From Pseudomonadota bacterium (GTDB lineage: Bacteria; Bdellovibrionota_B; Oligoflexia; Oligoflexales; CAIYRB01): a stretch of DNA of 50,056 nt. Numbering within the stretch: the first letter of the stretch is position 1; the number at the start of each line of letters is the position of its first letter. The stretch covers positions 1 through 50,056 of the forward strand of contig JANOTL010000047.1 in assembly GCA_031416315.1 (NCBI GenBank). Reading direction: 5' to 3'. Shown piece after piece: positions 17,806-27,925 of this stretch. Under the pieces are notes generated by a model. It searched no databases. It saw only the letters and a list, made by a program, of their open reading frames with translations, and was not told where the DNA came from. The translations under genes were made by a program, and so were the position numbers.

Positions 17806-20322
17806 ATGTCTCGCATGTCCGTCGCCAGTTTCGTGATCCTCGCGTCGGCCCTCGGCGCATGCCGCTCTTCGCTGCAGGCGTCGTCGCAGCAGCAAGCGTC
17901 GAAGCCGGCGATCGCCACCGTGCCTCCCGCGCCGGCTCCGGCTGTGGCTCCGGCTCCAGCCTCCACGTCGACGGAAGATGCCGCCGCGCCGATCGAGACC
18001 GAAGCCGTCGTCGAGGTGCGCCGCGTCTTTGCCCCGGGCGTCGCCGCTGACTGGGCCGTGGACTCCGGTAGGCTCGCTGGATTGGTCTTGCATGTGGACA
18101 CGATGACGTTCGACGAGCCGACCGAAGTCGTCGTCCGCTTGGCCGAGACCTTGGCCTTGAGCGGCGCCATCGGCCCGCGGCTCGAGCTGCGCGCCGACCA
18201 TGAGCCGCGCGGCGTCTACTCTCTGCGTTTCCCAGCGGTGATGACGAGCGCGATCGCCGTCGAGCGGCGCGCCACCGCCCTCGCGATTCTGTCGGGCTAC
18301 AATGCCGACGGCACCGGCACGACCGTGCAGTCTGGATCGCGCCTCGCCGTCGACGCCACCGGCGGCGTCGTAGTTCAGGGCCTCGATCGCTGGGGCACCC
18401 TGGAGCTCACCGAGGACCTCGCCGCAAGCGCCGCGCCGCGATCGTTCAGCATCGCGCCCCCCGGCCGTACCGTCGGGCAAGGCCTGCACCTCTCTTGGAT
18501 CGTCGCCGAAGGCGCCGTCGGCTACGACGTCTTCATCGCGCGCGACGTCCTCTGCCGAGCGCCGGTGAAGACGTTTACGAAGGTAACCGCGACCTCCGTC
18601 GAGGCGACCGGCCTCGCCGACGGACACTACTTCGCCTGCATCGTGGCGATCGACACGGCCGGCAATCGCACTCTCGCCGCGAACGTCGGCCTGACCTTGG
18701 AGTGGGACACGACACCACCGGGAGCCTTCGCATTCGCCGAAGGGATGCCGACTTTTTTCAGGACCGAGCTCATTGATCTGAGCTGGACGGCTGCCACCGA
18801 CGCCGTAGGCTATCGCGCCTTCCTGACGGACGCGCTCACGTGCGGCGCCGACGCCGTAAAAATCGCCAGCGCCGACGTCACGGGCACGACGGCGAGCCTT
18901 GCGAACGTTGCCGATGGCCTCTATCGCGCCTGCGTCGTCGCCCGTGACGGCGCGGACAATGTGACCGTCGCCGCGCCGTCGCAAGCGATCTCGATCGACC
19001 GGTCGGCACCGAGCCTCGCGCTCTCCGGCGTGCCCGCGGACCCCTCCGGCGTCACCTCGGCCAGCATCGCCGTCTCCGGCTCCGAAGTCGAGGAATACCG
19101 CTTTGTCTTCTTGAGCTCGGGCGCAGATTGTCCCGCGGGCGAAGGCTACGGCGCGTGGACGAGCCCCGACGTCGCCATCACGCTCGAAGATCTCGGGACG
19201 CCAGGGGCAAAGGCGGTCTGCGTGCAAGCCCGCGACGAAGCCGGCAACGAGAGCGTGGCGACGCGCGTCGAATGGACGCGCGTGGATCGCGTGCGTCCCA
19301 ATCTCGCTGCGATCGTGAAGCGCACCGTCGACGCGCCGCTCTTGGGCGCCCCCGCGATCGGCCAGCCAGGCTGCGGCAACTACCTCCTTGGCGCGTTCTA
19401 CGACCTTTGGGGCAGCGCGGTCTCGCGCATCGGCAACGAGGCGGTGCTCGCCATGCCCTGTAAGTACGGCGACGCGGGCGCCCAAGGCTGGCACATGGTC
19501 TTCGCGCGCTGGGACGGCGTTGCCGCCACGGCGACTTGGGACGACGCCGATCCGAACGTGGCCGGCGTCCAGGAGAAATTTAACAAGTACACCGCTCTAA
19601 AGGATGCCTCCACGGTCATCGACCTGCGCCGCCTCTTGCTGACGAGCAATGCCGAGGGCCAAATCTTCGGCTTCGGCGCCGTCCGCGCGCCGACGCACTA
19701 CCCGCCGAACGTGATGCCGATCGTCGCGACGTCCTTCGCCTCGATGTCGATGCTGAGCTATGAGCCGGCGAAAAAGGATTCGCTCTACCTGTTCAGGGCC
19801 AACGACGGCACTTGGAAAGGCGCGACTTCGGTGCTCGAAGGCGAAGCATTCTACGACGAGGGTCAGGTCTATCTCTATCTGCGCACCACCAACGCCCCGA
19901 CGAACGACAAAGGCTACATCGTCGTCGCCAAGTCAACCGACATGCTTACCATAACCAGTCCGACCACCTACTTGGTTGAAGGCTACTCCCACCCTTACGT
20001 CTCGCGAAAGGGCGAGACCTACCTGATGGTCGTCAAGGACGACGTCCAGAACCGCTGGGTCCTCGTGCGCGGCACCGGCCCGGAGACCTGGGACTTCGCC
20101 AACGCGGAGCTTCTGCATCTCGAGAGCTTGATCGGAGCGGCCGGCAAGTGGGACGACAACCTGTACGCGTCGACCGCCAACGGCGAGCCGCTCGTCCCAG
20201 GCGCGCGTATCCTCGGCAACTCACTGTTCGTCTTTTATCAAGCCGGCGCGCTCACGGGCTCGACCCCCTATTCCGACGCCCGAGGCATCGGCGTGATCGA
20301 GATCCCGCTGGTCGCTTACTGA
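17806..20322 (+). CDS. Surface lipoprotein with FN3/Ig-like modules and a C-terminal beta-propeller-like domain
   Basis: Lipobox LGAC; FN3-like LSW...Y...LADG.Y..C.VA.D.A.N twice; CVQARDEAGNES; aromatic beta-rich C-terminus. Confidence 0.75.
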   Translation: MSRMSVASFVILASALGACRSSLQASSQQQASKPAIATVPPAPAPAVAPAPASTSTEDAAAPIETEAVVEVRRVFAPGVAADWAVDSGRLAGLVLHVDTMTFDEPTEVVVRLAETLALSGAIGPRLELRADHEPRGVYSLRFPAVMTSAIAVERRATALAILSGYNADGTGTTVQSGSRLAVDATGGVVVQGLDRWGTLELTEDLAASAAPRSFSIAPPGRTVGQGLHLSWIVAEGAVGYDVFIARDVLCRAPVKTFTKVTATSVEATGLADGHYFACIVAIDTAGNRTLAANVGLTLEWDTTPPGAFAFAEGMPTFFRTELIDLSWTAATDAVGYRAFLTDALTCGADAVKIASADVTGTTASLANVADGLYRACVVARDGADNVTVAAPSQAISIDRSAPSLALSGVPADPSGVTSASIAVSGSEVEEYRFVFLSSGADCPAGEGYGAWTSPDVAITLEDLGTPGAKAVCVQARDEAGNESVATRVEWTRVDRVRPNLAAIVKRTVDAPLLGAPAIGQPGCGNYLLGAFYDLWGSAVSRIGNEAVLAMPCKYGDAGAQGWHMVFARWDGVAATATWDDADPNVAGVQEKFNKYTALKDASTVIDLRRLLLTSNAEGQIFGFGAVRAPTHYPPNVMPIVATSFASMSMLSYEPAKKDSLYLFRANDGTWKGATSVLEGEAFYDEGQVYLYLRTTNAPTNDKGYIVVAKSTDMLTITSPTTYLVEGYSHPYVSRKGETYLMVVKDDVQNRWVLVRGTGPETWDFANAELLHLESLIGAAGKWDDNLYASTANGEPLVPGARILGNSLFVFYQAGALTGSTPYSDARGIGVIEIPLVAY

Positions 20323-20331
20323 GGCGAGTCC

Positions 20332-21984
20332 TCAACCGACAAGCGGCTTGATCACCACCGCATTCTTGATCGTCTCGTCGTTGTAAGCGTCGTTGAACCG
20401 CGCCTCGACCCCGGCCACCGCCATCACCGTACGCACGACGTCCCGCGCCATGAAGGGCCGGTTGTCGCTCGCCTCGTAGTTCAGCTCGGTCGGCTTGATC
20501 GAGTACTCGACGAAGGCCTCGTCGCCTTCGCCTTCCACGACCTTGTCGATCGTCACTGGCGTATATTTCACGGCCAAGGGATCGCCGGAGGCGAGGCTCG
20601 CGAAGTCGACGCGCGCGCCCGTCTGCCGGATCGCCTCGTTCTGGCCGACCCAGGCGCCGGCCTTCACGCCCTTGCCGAACAAGATGTAGTTGTTGTTCTT
20701 GTTGTAGTGGCCGTTGCCGAAGGAGGTGGCCTCGCCGCCGGGCGCCTCGTTCCCCGCGAAGTTGGACGGGCGGGCGAACTCGGTGCCGACGACGACGGTG
20801 GTGACGTCGAACCAGGTTTTCTCGGTGTCTTTGTACTTCGTCGTCTTCAGCTTTTTGATGATCTCGGCCAGGCCGTCCATCGCCTTCGTGACGTTGCGGT
20901 GGTGCCGCTGCGTGTTTTCGCGGCCCGGATCGCTCGGGTCGATGTGGTAGAGGCCGCGGTGACAGTCGAAGAGTCCGAATCCGTCGACCTTGTTCTTCCC
21001 GTTCGCCGCGCCGACGCAGAGGGTGGCGACGCGTGTTAGGCCGGCTTGCAGCAACGTGAAGGCCGTGTAGAACTGCGTGCGGATGTCGAGCGAGGCGTCG
21101 ACGGCGCTCAGGTCGGAGGCGAGCTCCTCGACCAGCTTCGTGCGAATCTTCGGCGCGTTCGGCATCGCATTGACGTAGCTCTTGAAGATCTCGCGGTGCA
21201 GCTCGGAAAGCTGCGTCGACGCGCTTTGCGCCTCGGCCAAGCGCTTTGCCTTGGCGAAGTTCGCCTCGACCGAAGCGCTCGTGCCGCTCTGGCTGTTCGC
21301 GACCAGGTAGCCCAGGCTCTGCGAGTCGATCCGGATCGGCTCGACTTTGAGCGGCGAGGTCCCCAGCGTGTAGTTGGCGTTGTCGAAGACGAGGTTGTCC
21401 AGGATCTTGCCGCCGTATTTATCGGTGAGAAGCTTCGCGAGCACCGAGGCCACGTGCGGCGTCGTGCCGGAGCGCAGGCCGCTGAACTCCTCGCCGCCGG
21501 CGTTGTCCAGGCCGTGGAAGTCGCCCAGCACGTGCGTGCCGCGCACGACCGCGATGTCGTTGACGTAGGGCTCGAGCGCGAAGGCGGTGAAGCCGAGCAC
21601 GTAGTCGCAGCCGAGCGTCGTCTTCCCCTTCTTATACGAGGACGTGACGTCCTCCAGGTAAGGGAGGCAGAGAAACTCGCCGTCGTCGGAGCCCTTGCTG
21701 CCGTCGTCGTTCTCGACGAGCTTCGTGTATTCCTCCTCGGTCGGGAGCTGGTCGGTGATCTTGAAGGTCACGACCCGCTTCGGGTCGTCCATCGGCAAGA
21801 GCGCTTGGTCGCGGCCGTCGATCGCCGTGATCCAGTGGATGCCGCCGCGCAGCTCGATGAAGATGAAGTGATGATCGTCGGTCGCGCCCTCGGCGCGCAA
21901 AAGGTCGGAGAACGAGCCGATGCCGGCGCCGATGGTGATGCCGGCGGCGGCCGTGGTGAAGTCGCGGCGGTTGATGCGGATCAT
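20332..21984 (-). CDS. DUF1501-like Tat-exported protein
   Basis: Tat motif NRRDF; FIFIELRGG; FDCH; TTVVVGTEFARP; GNGH; LFGKGVKAG. Confidence 0.8.
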   Translation of the reverse strand: MIRINRRDFTTAAAGITIGAGIGSFSDLLRAEGATDDHHFIFIELRGGIHWITAIDGRDQALLPMDDPKRVVTFKITDQLPTEEEYTKLVENDDGSKGSDDGEFLCLPYLEDVTSSYKKGKTTLGCDYVLGFTAFALEPYVNDIAVVRGTHVLGDFHGLDNAGGEEFSGLRSGTTPHVASVLAKLLTDKYGGKILDNLVFDNANYTLGTSPLKVEPIRIDSQSLGYLVANSQSGTSASVEANFAKAKRLAEAQSASTQLSELHREIFKSYVNAMPNAPKIRTKLVEELASDLSAVDASLDIRTQFYTAFTLLQAGLTRVATLCVGAANGKNKVDGFGLFDCHRGLYHIDPSDPGRENTQRHHRNVTKAMDGLAEIIKKLKTTKYKDTEKTWFDVTTVVVGTEFARPSNFAGNEAPGGEATSFGNGHYNKNNNYILFGKGVKAGAWVGQNEAIRQTGARVDFASLASGDPLAVKYTPVTIDKVVEGEGDEAFVEYSIKPTELNYEASDNRPFMARDVVRTVMAVAGVEARFNDAYNDETIKNAVVIKPLVG

Positions 21985-21986
21985 GC

Positions 21987-22757
21987 TCAGGACCCTTCCG
22001 TGGCGGGCGGGGCTTCCAGGAAGAAGCCGCCGCTGAGGAGGATGACGTAGATGACGCGACGCCATGCGGCGCTCTCGCGCGAAGGCGTGACCTCCGCGCC
22101 CTTAAGCTCGTCGAGAAAGACGTCGTCGAGAAGATACTGCGCCGCGTGCGTCTCGGTGCCCGGGATCTTCAGGTTGTTGTCGACGGCGAGGAGCATGAAC
22201 TCGGCGACGTCCTGGATGTTGTGCATCAGGCGCTTTCGCCACTCTTTCGAGAGGGTGGCCGGGTCGAGGCTCTGCGCGCTCAACGAGCCGAGCGTCACGC
22301 CGTCCTTGAAGTCGCACCAGTCCTTCGTGTCGTCCGCGAAGCAGCTCGCCGCGTCCGCGTCGGAAAGGCCCAAACCGTCGAAGACGGAGTCGGCCGCCGC
22401 CTTCTCCTTCTCCTCGAGCTTCAGCGCGATCCAGGAGGAGAGGTTCTCGATCCCGAGGAGGAAAAGCTCGTTCGGCTGCGAGATGAGCGATTTGTAGTTC
22501 TGCACCATCGTGCCGCCGAGGATGGAGTAGATCGACTGCAGATAGCGAAAGCGCTCCTCGTCGGTCATGTCGAGGCCCCAGGCGTCGTGGATCGTGCCCT
22601 CGATCGCCTCGGGGCTCTTGATCCAGGTCGGGCGCGTCTGCGTCGGCCCGCCCGACGGCGTGGCGGCGACTTTGGCGGTCGGCTCCGGTTTCTTCTGCAC
22701 GCAGGCCGGCGAGGCGAAGACGCTGGCCAGAACGAGCGCGACGGTGATCTTGCGCAT
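21987..22757 (-). CDS. Lipoprotein, DUF1501-cluster partner
   Basis: ATG 22757 with GAGGAG RBS; lipobox-like SPAC; C-terminal AWRRVIYVILLSGGFF. Confidence 0.75.
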   Translation of the reverse strand: MRKITVALVLASVFASPACVQKKPEPTAKVAATPSGGPTQTRPTWIKSPEAIEGTIHDAWGLDMTDEERFRYLQSIYSILGGTMVQNYKSLISQPNELFLLGIENLSSWIALKLEEKEKAAADSVFDGLGLSDADAASCFADDTKDWCDFKDGVTLGSLSAQSLDPATLSKEWRKRLMHNIQDVAEFMLLAVDNNLKIPGTETHAAQYLLDDVFLDELKGAEVTPSRESAAWRRVIYVILLSGGFFLEAPPATEGS

Positions 22758-22768
22758 GGCGGTTCTCC

Positions 22769-23302
22769 TCAAGTCCCGGCGTCGATAACGGCTTCGAGTA
22801 GCTCGGCGTAGCTCCACGCCTCGATCTTCGCGCTTTGCGCCTCGGCCCAGGTGCCGCCCAAGGTCGGCGCCACGTGCCCGACGAGCCAGCGGCCGAAGCA
22901 GGAGGCGTTGCTCTTGCCGTCCCCGCATTGGACGCCTTTGTGCCGGTTCTTGCCGAGCGTGGCGAGCACCTCGCCGAGCTTCTTCGTCGGCTCGGCCGCG
23001 GATTTCGCCGCCGTCGGCAAAGGCTGCGCCGTGTAGGCGACGAGACGCTCGGCGAAAACCTCGCGTGCCTCCGGGCTCGCCAGAAAGCGGCCTTTGATCT
23101 CGTCGCGCTTCAGCGCCAGCATCTGCTTGGCTTCCTCTTTCTTCATGCCGCGGCCGAGGACGATCTGGAAGACGCGGTTCAGCACCTGGAGCTTGCGCAT
23201 CTTGTCGCTGCGCTTCGCGGTGGCAAGGACGGGTTCGATTGCTTGGCCTTCGGCATGCGCCACGGGCGCGCAAAGAAGCGCGCCGATCAGCAAGTACTTC
23301 AC
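22769..23302 (-). CDS. Secreted hypothetical protein
   Basis: GTG 23302 overlaps the upstream TGA (GTGA coupling); signal peptide ending AHA. Confidence 0.75.
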   Translation of the reverse strand: MKYLLIGALLCAPVAHAEGQAIEPVLATAKRSDKMRKLQVLNRVFQIVLGRGMKKEEAKQMLALKRDEIKGRFLASPEAREVFAERLVAYTAQPLPTAAKSAAEPTKKLGEVLATLGKNRHKGVQCGDGKSNASCFGRWLVGHVAPTLGGTWAEAQSAKIEAWSYAELLEAVIDAGT

Positions 23303-25632
23303 GGTTCTGCTCCTTCGGGGGCCGGCGTTGCGGCCGGAGGGGTCGGCACTGCGGCCGGAGGGGTCGTCCCTGCGGCGGGGGGCGTCCCCACCACTGAATG
23401 CGGCGCTTCGGCCGCCATCAGCACGGGCGCCGGCTGCCCGGGACAGGCCTTTTCCTTGAAGTCCGCCGGGATCTTCCCGACCGCCACGAGCTGGTCCCGA
23501 AGCCGCTGGAAGTAGCAGGAAGCCTCGTTCCGCGCCGCCGTGTCCAACGTGACCCCGGAGCTCGGCGGCGGCATCTTGCCCTGCTGGATCTTGCAATAGA
23601 GGTTCTGCACGAGCTTGCCGCGATTCTTCGGCGTGTCCTCGGCGACGGCGCCGCCGGTGTCCGCAAAGTAGTAGTCCATGTCGAACTTCCCAGCCTCGTT
23701 GAAGAAGGTCGAAGCGTGGCAGTCGGCGCAGTTGCCCGCGTTGCCTTCGATCGTCCCGAGCACGCGCTGGCGATGCGCGTCGTCGGGCGCCTCGGGGCAG
23801 GTGTAGCTCACCTCCTGCTTCATCTTCGCGAAGTCGGCCTCGCCCTTGGAGAAGTAGACGAGGCCGCGCGGCATCGCCGTCGTGAAGTGCTCGACCAAGC
23901 GCGACATCCGCGGCACGCCGTCCGGGCCGTCGAAGGCTTTGATCGCCTGCGCTCTCTCGTCGTCCCATAGCGGCGTGTCGCGCCCGACGAGCGCCGCCCA
24001 GGTCGCGTCGACCATGCAGCCGCGCACCAGCGGATAACGGCTCATCGCGTTGGCCAAGCCTTCCATCCCACGATCCGTGGCGCCTTCCATCGGGAAGAAC
24101 GCCGTGCCTTCCCAGATGCCGCCCGGCCGGTCGAAGACGCCCTGGCCCGTCTGCCGGAACTTCGGCCATGGCCCCGCGAACGCACCCGGATTGTTCTCGA
24201 CCTGCTCGTCCGCGCCCGGCGCGTAAGGGCTGCCCCAGCTCAGCTTCCCGAACCAGTTTGCCATCGGCTGGATCTTCGCGTGGCAGTTAAAGCAATTCAC
24301 TGAGCCCTTCGCGTGCTCGTCGTCCGGCGCGAAATAGGGCTTCAAGGGCTCCGGCACGTCCTGCACCGCGCCGCCTTGGAAGTTGGCGGCGTCGGGGTTG
24401 ATCTCCGCGCAGAAGTAGGAGAAATACAGGGCCCGCGCCCGGTGCAGGTGCTTGTTCTTCGCTTTCGTCGAGTGCCGCGACAGCCAATAGGGGCTCGCGT
24501 GGATCCCGCCGTACTCGGGCGCGACGCGCACTTTCAGGTAGAGCCTTCCGTCCGCTTTCGCGAAGGTCTGGGCCGCGCCGGGGGTCGTTGGGTCGAGGAT
24601 GATCGGCTGCTCTGGGACGCCGACGGCCGGCGCCATCGGCGGCGGCGGGGGCGGCGCGCTGTCGTCGTCGTCGCCAAAGCCACCGCCGAAGCTCGGGTTC
24701 AGCTCCTCCGGCTTCCACACGAAGGCGGCGGGATCGATGCGCACGAACCGGCAGCGTTGATTGCCTTTGGTTCCGAGCTCGCGCAGGAGCTCGATGCCGG
24801 CGGCGTCCTTCACCAGCTCGATCTTGACCGAGCCGCCGCTGTTGTTGGGGTTCGCCGTCGGCTTCATCCGCAGGCTCTGCTCGATGCGCGAGCGCATCAT
24901 CTCCTCGCCTTCGGGTAAGGATACGAGGCCTTTTTTCTGCTCTGCCGGCGGCAGCGCGTCGACCTTCTCGAAGAAGGTCTTGAGCTCGTTGGCCGTCGGA
25001 TCCTCGGCATCGGGGAAAAGCTCGAAGCCGAGGTTCTGAACGCAGGTCTGCGCCAAGGTCTCCTCGGGTGTCGGCACGGTTCCTTCGGGCGGCGGCGTCG
25101 CCATCGCCTTGTAAGCCTTCGACAGGAGCGCCAAATCCGTGCCGAAGAAGCACTCTTGAACGCCGAAGCCGATCTCCGACAGGCGGATCCAGCGGTCACG
25201 GTAGCGCAGCGTCTCGAAGAAGCCCTTGCCGGCCCGATCCTCGCGCGCCTGATCCGCCATCTCGAGGCGGACCGAGCAGAAGTCGTCGTACGAGTTCGTC
25301 AGCCAGGCCTGCGAGCCCTCGCGGTTCAAGGCGAGTCGCTCGCGGTTCAGATTGAAGAAGCCCTCCGTCTCGAACTGCTGCGAGGCGAGGATCTTCTTCA
25401 CCATCTCCGGATGCTCCAGGTTCTTTAGCGCCTGGATCTCCCCCGCGCCCGGATCGCGCCCGATCAGCTTGCGGAAGGTGCGAATCACACTCTGCGCCTG
25501 CCCGATGCTCGAAGCGGTGAGCTGCGCGTCGTTCGGCTCGACGCGGCGCATGCAGCTAGAGGCGAGCGCGAGGCCCATGGCGACGAGCCCGAGCGGGACG
25601 AGGACGGTCATGGACGGTCGACGCATCGGCAT
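23299..25632 (-). CDS. Di-heme c-type cytochrome lipoprotein (DUF1549/DUF1585-like cluster component)
   Basis: Lipobox-like ASSC; CFNCH and CADCH; distal MPP; HRARALYFSYFC segment; Pro/Thr tail. Confidence 0.75.
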   Translation of the reverse strand: MPMRRPSMTVLVPLGLVAMGLALASSCMRRVEPNDAQLTASSIGQAQSVIRTFRKLIGRDPGAGEIQALKNLEHPEMVKKILASQQFETEGFFNLNRERLALNREGSQAWLTNSYDDFCSVRLEMADQAREDRAGKGFFETLRYRDRWIRLSEIGFGVQECFFGTDLALLSKAYKAMATPPPEGTVPTPEETLAQTCVQNLGFELFPDAEDPTANELKTFFEKVDALPPAEQKKGLVSLPEGEEMMRSRIEQSLRMKPTANPNNSGGSVKIELVKDAAGIELLRELGTKGNQRCRFVRIDPAAFVWKPEELNPSFGGGFGDDDDSAPPPPPPMAPAVGVPEQPIILDPTTPGAAQTFAKADGRLYLKVRVAPEYGGIHASPYWLSRHSTKAKNKHLHRARALYFSYFCAEINPDAANFQGGAVQDVPEPLKPYFAPDDEHAKGSVNCFNCHAKIQPMANWFGKLSWGSPYAPGADEQVENNPGAFAGPWPKFRQTGQGVFDRPGGIWEGTAFFPMEGATDRGMEGLANAMSRYPLVRGCMVDATWAALVGRDTPLWDDERAQAIKAFDGPDGVPRMSRLVEHFTTAMPRGLVYFSKGEADFAKMKQEVSYTCPEAPDDAHRQRVLGTIEGNAGNCADCHASTFFNEAGKFDMDYYFADTGGAVAEDTPKNRGKLVQNLYCKIQQGKMPPPSSGVTLDTAARNEASCYFQRLRDQLVAVGKIPADFKEKACPGQPAPVLMAAEAPHSVVGTPPAAGTTPPAAVPTPPAATPAPEGAEP

Positions 25633-25739
25633 TCTCTTTTTTGGAGGTAGAGGAATGGTATGCGCCCTGGAGGATCAGGTGAAGACCATGCTCAAAAGCC
25701 AATGAATTTAGATAGTTATTCTCGGCCGCATCGGCCAGC

Positions 25740-25767
25740 TCAAGGTCGCTGGCCTTCCCGTCGAACA
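25740..25767 (+). promoter_or_regulatory. Putative sigma28 promoter, possibly giving a leaderless mRNA
   Basis: TCAAG-N15-GTCGAACA ending 6 nt before ATG 25774. Confidence 0.45.
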
Positions 25768-25773
25768 GCAGGC

Positions 25774-26874
25774 ATGCGTACCCGCAGCGCCATCCTGGTT
25801 TCGCTCGTCTCCTGCGCGCTCGCAGGCTGCGGCAAGAGCTCGCTTTCCGGGGGCGCCAACGGCGGCAAGAGCGTTTCAGGCGAGGGCGCGAAAAAAGGGG
25901 CCGAAGGCGGCCGCGAGCCGTCCGACGCGGGGATCGGGAGCGAGGAGACCGCCATCGTTCCCGTCGTCGTCCTCGGCGCCTACATCGTCTGTGCGCTCCT
26001 CGACGGTGGCGCCGCCGAAGAAGTCGGCGTCGGCTGCTCTTTGAAGACTCGAGACGGCGGCCCTATCGCGCGCGACGCCTTGACGGTCACCTGGTCCGCA
26101 GTCGACAAGGACGCGCCTTCCGCCGCCGCGCGGATCGAGGCGGTCGCCGACAGCAAAGTCGTCGAGACCAAGCTCTTTGTCCCGAAGGCGACCGCGGCAC
26201 GCTACGTCGTGGGTGTGGCCGATGCGCAGGCGAAAGCGCTTCCCGTCAAGGCGTTGGTCCTCGGAGAGGCTTTGCCGGCGCTATCAGCGAGCGTCCCGGC
26301 GACGAATGCGGTCCCGACGGAACCGCAGCCGTTCCAGCAGGAATCATTCTGCGCCGATGGTGAAGTCTGGAGAGGTTCGGACGGATGCGTCCCGGTCGAC
26401 GGCGCCGTCCCTCGCTGGTTCCGCCTCCGCCTCACTTCCTTGAAATGCGCCGCGGAAGCCATTCCGGGTGTCGCTACCGTTGCCGAGGCCGAGTTCTTTT
26501 GGGACGACGCGTGGCAGCAAAATAGCATGACGGAAGGCTCCGCGGGCGGCATCGGCAGCATTGCTGCGAACGTATCGGCGGTCGAAGACAACAAAACTGC
26601 GCCGAATCCAAGTTGGTTCGCTTTCGATGGGTCGCTTGGGACCTCCCACCTCACGGCCGCACTTTTCGCCTCGACCGAGCCGTGCTCTGAGTTGTCGCCG
26701 ACGTCGATCGACGTCACCTTCGACGCGAGATTCAATAAGCGGCCGACGAAGGTTCGGCTTAGGAGTGGCGGTCAAACCGCGCGAATTGACGCATTCCACG
26801 TCGAGACGTCGATTGACGGCGTCAACTTCCGCAAGGACGAGAGCATCGAGACCAGTTTCGAACCACTGCTCTGA
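25774..26874 (+). CDS. Lipoprotein with C-terminal discoidin/galactose-binding-like domain
   Basis: Lipobox LAGC; C-terminal WFAFDG...FHVETSIDGVNF resembles F5/8-type C. Confidence 0.7.
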   Translation: MRTRSAILVSLVSCALAGCGKSSLSGGANGGKSVSGEGAKKGAEGGREPSDAGIGSEETAIVPVVVLGAYIVCALLDGGAAEEVGVGCSLKTRDGGPIARDALTVTWSAVDKDAPSAAARIEAVADSKVVETKLFVPKATAARYVVGVADAQAKALPVKALVLGEALPALSASVPATNAVPTEPQPFQQESFCADGEVWRGSDGCVPVDGAVPRWFRLRLTSLKCAAEAIPGVATVAEAEFFWDDAWQQNSMTEGSAGGIGSIAANVSAVEDNKTAPNPSWFAFDGSLGTSHLTAALFASTEPCSELSPTSIDVTFDARFNKRPTKVRLRSGGQTARIDAFHVETSIDGVNFRKDESIETSFEPLL

Positions 26875-26899
26875 CCACGCGACGCCGTCAGATCGGATC

Positions 26900-27925
26900 C
26901 AAACTGCGCTATATACCTGCGCCTGCAATCAGAGACAAAAGTCCGCCCCTGAGACCTGGACTTTTTTTGGCGAGCTTGTGGTCGATCATAGCGTTATGGA
27001 TGAATCGGTATAGGTCGACCAGTGCCTGTAGGCGATCGGGGCGCTTGGTGGTGCACCACGTGCGGCGAGACAGTCGCTTTACGTTGTCGCGGTACATGGC
27101 GCAGGCGTGGTTAATATAAAAGAGCGGGTCAAAGCCTCCCGCTTTCAGCTCGCCTTGCCCGACAACACAAGCCTTGCGACTAAGGGAGGTCTCGAGCGTT
27201 GCGTTCGGGACGCACGCGGCGACGAGCTTCGGGTAGCGGGGGCAAGAGTCCGACTTCAACATCACGTCGTGTGTGCCCGCCATTGCCACTGTCCGCAGGA
27301 CTTTGCGCAAACCGATAGAACGACAGTCTTTTCGATAGCCGTAGCGGCGACGTGCGATGGCCGCCAAGCGACCTTTGGCGGGCATACGTGAGACTTTGGC
27401 GTCGATGATTCGCTCGGTGCCTTGCTCCACTGCAACGGCGATGGCCACGGGCTTACACTTCGAGTGCTCAAACGTTTCCATCTCGTCGAAGTTGATAACT
27501 TTCACAGTCCCCGACTGGTTCTGCCAGCGTGTCGCTTCATGGCGTGCTGCGAAGATGCCAATGCGGACGAGCTTGCGCGCCACCGTCACCTGCGTAGTGC
27601 CGAGTAGCGCTGCAGTGCGACGCTGCGACACTCCTGAGGCTAAGAGAGCCGCGACAACTCCGTTGAGCTCCGGCCGCCGGTGACCTCGGCAAAGAGCGTC
27701 AGTTTGCTCCGAAAAGTGGCGGCTGCAGAGTCGACAGAAATACCGACGGATCCGCGCCCTGAAGCCGGTTTTCCGCCGAAAGCTTCCCTTTTTCAACACC
27801 CCGGAAGTTTCATGACAGTGTTTGCAATGCATCGAAAGCCTCCCTCAAAGAGGGCGACTTTCATCCAGTTCCCGAGCCAGGTTAAGCGACATCAGCGGGT
27901 GGGCGCAGACATGTAGAGCAGTTTA
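26900..27925 (-). mobile_element. IS1-like insertion sequence, 1026 bp
   Basis: 24-bp imperfect TIRs CAAACTGCGCTATATACCTGCGCC / TAAACTGCTCTACATGTCTGCGCC (19/24); direct repeat GATCGGATC at 26891-26899 and 27926-27934; lower GC. Confidence 0.88.
26909..27832 (-). CDS. IS1-like transposase (Zn finger + HTH + DDE-like core)
   Basis: CKHC...CRLC; HTH SGVSQRRTAALLG; FDEMET; LKSD; RLSRRTWCTTK; stop lies inside the TIR. Confidence 0.85.
   Translation of the reverse strand: MHCKHCHETSGVLKKGSFRRKTGFRARIRRYFCRLCSRHFSEQTDALCRGHRRPELNGVVAALLASGVSQRRTAALLGTTQVTVARKLVRIGIFAARHEATRWQNQSGTVKVINFDEMETFEHSKCKPVAIAVAVEQGTERIIDAKVSRMPAKGRLAAIARRRYGYRKDCRSIGLRKVLRTVAMAGTHDVMLKSDSCPRYPKLVAACVPNATLETSLSRKACVVGQGELKAGGFDPLFYINHACAMYRDNVKRLSRRTWCTTKRPDRLQALVDLYRFIHNAMIDHKLAKKSPGLRGGLLSLIAGAGI

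Noticed and set aside
23315..23395. 24-bp repeats encoding TPPAA
   Set aside because: Ordinary low-complexity C-terminal tail
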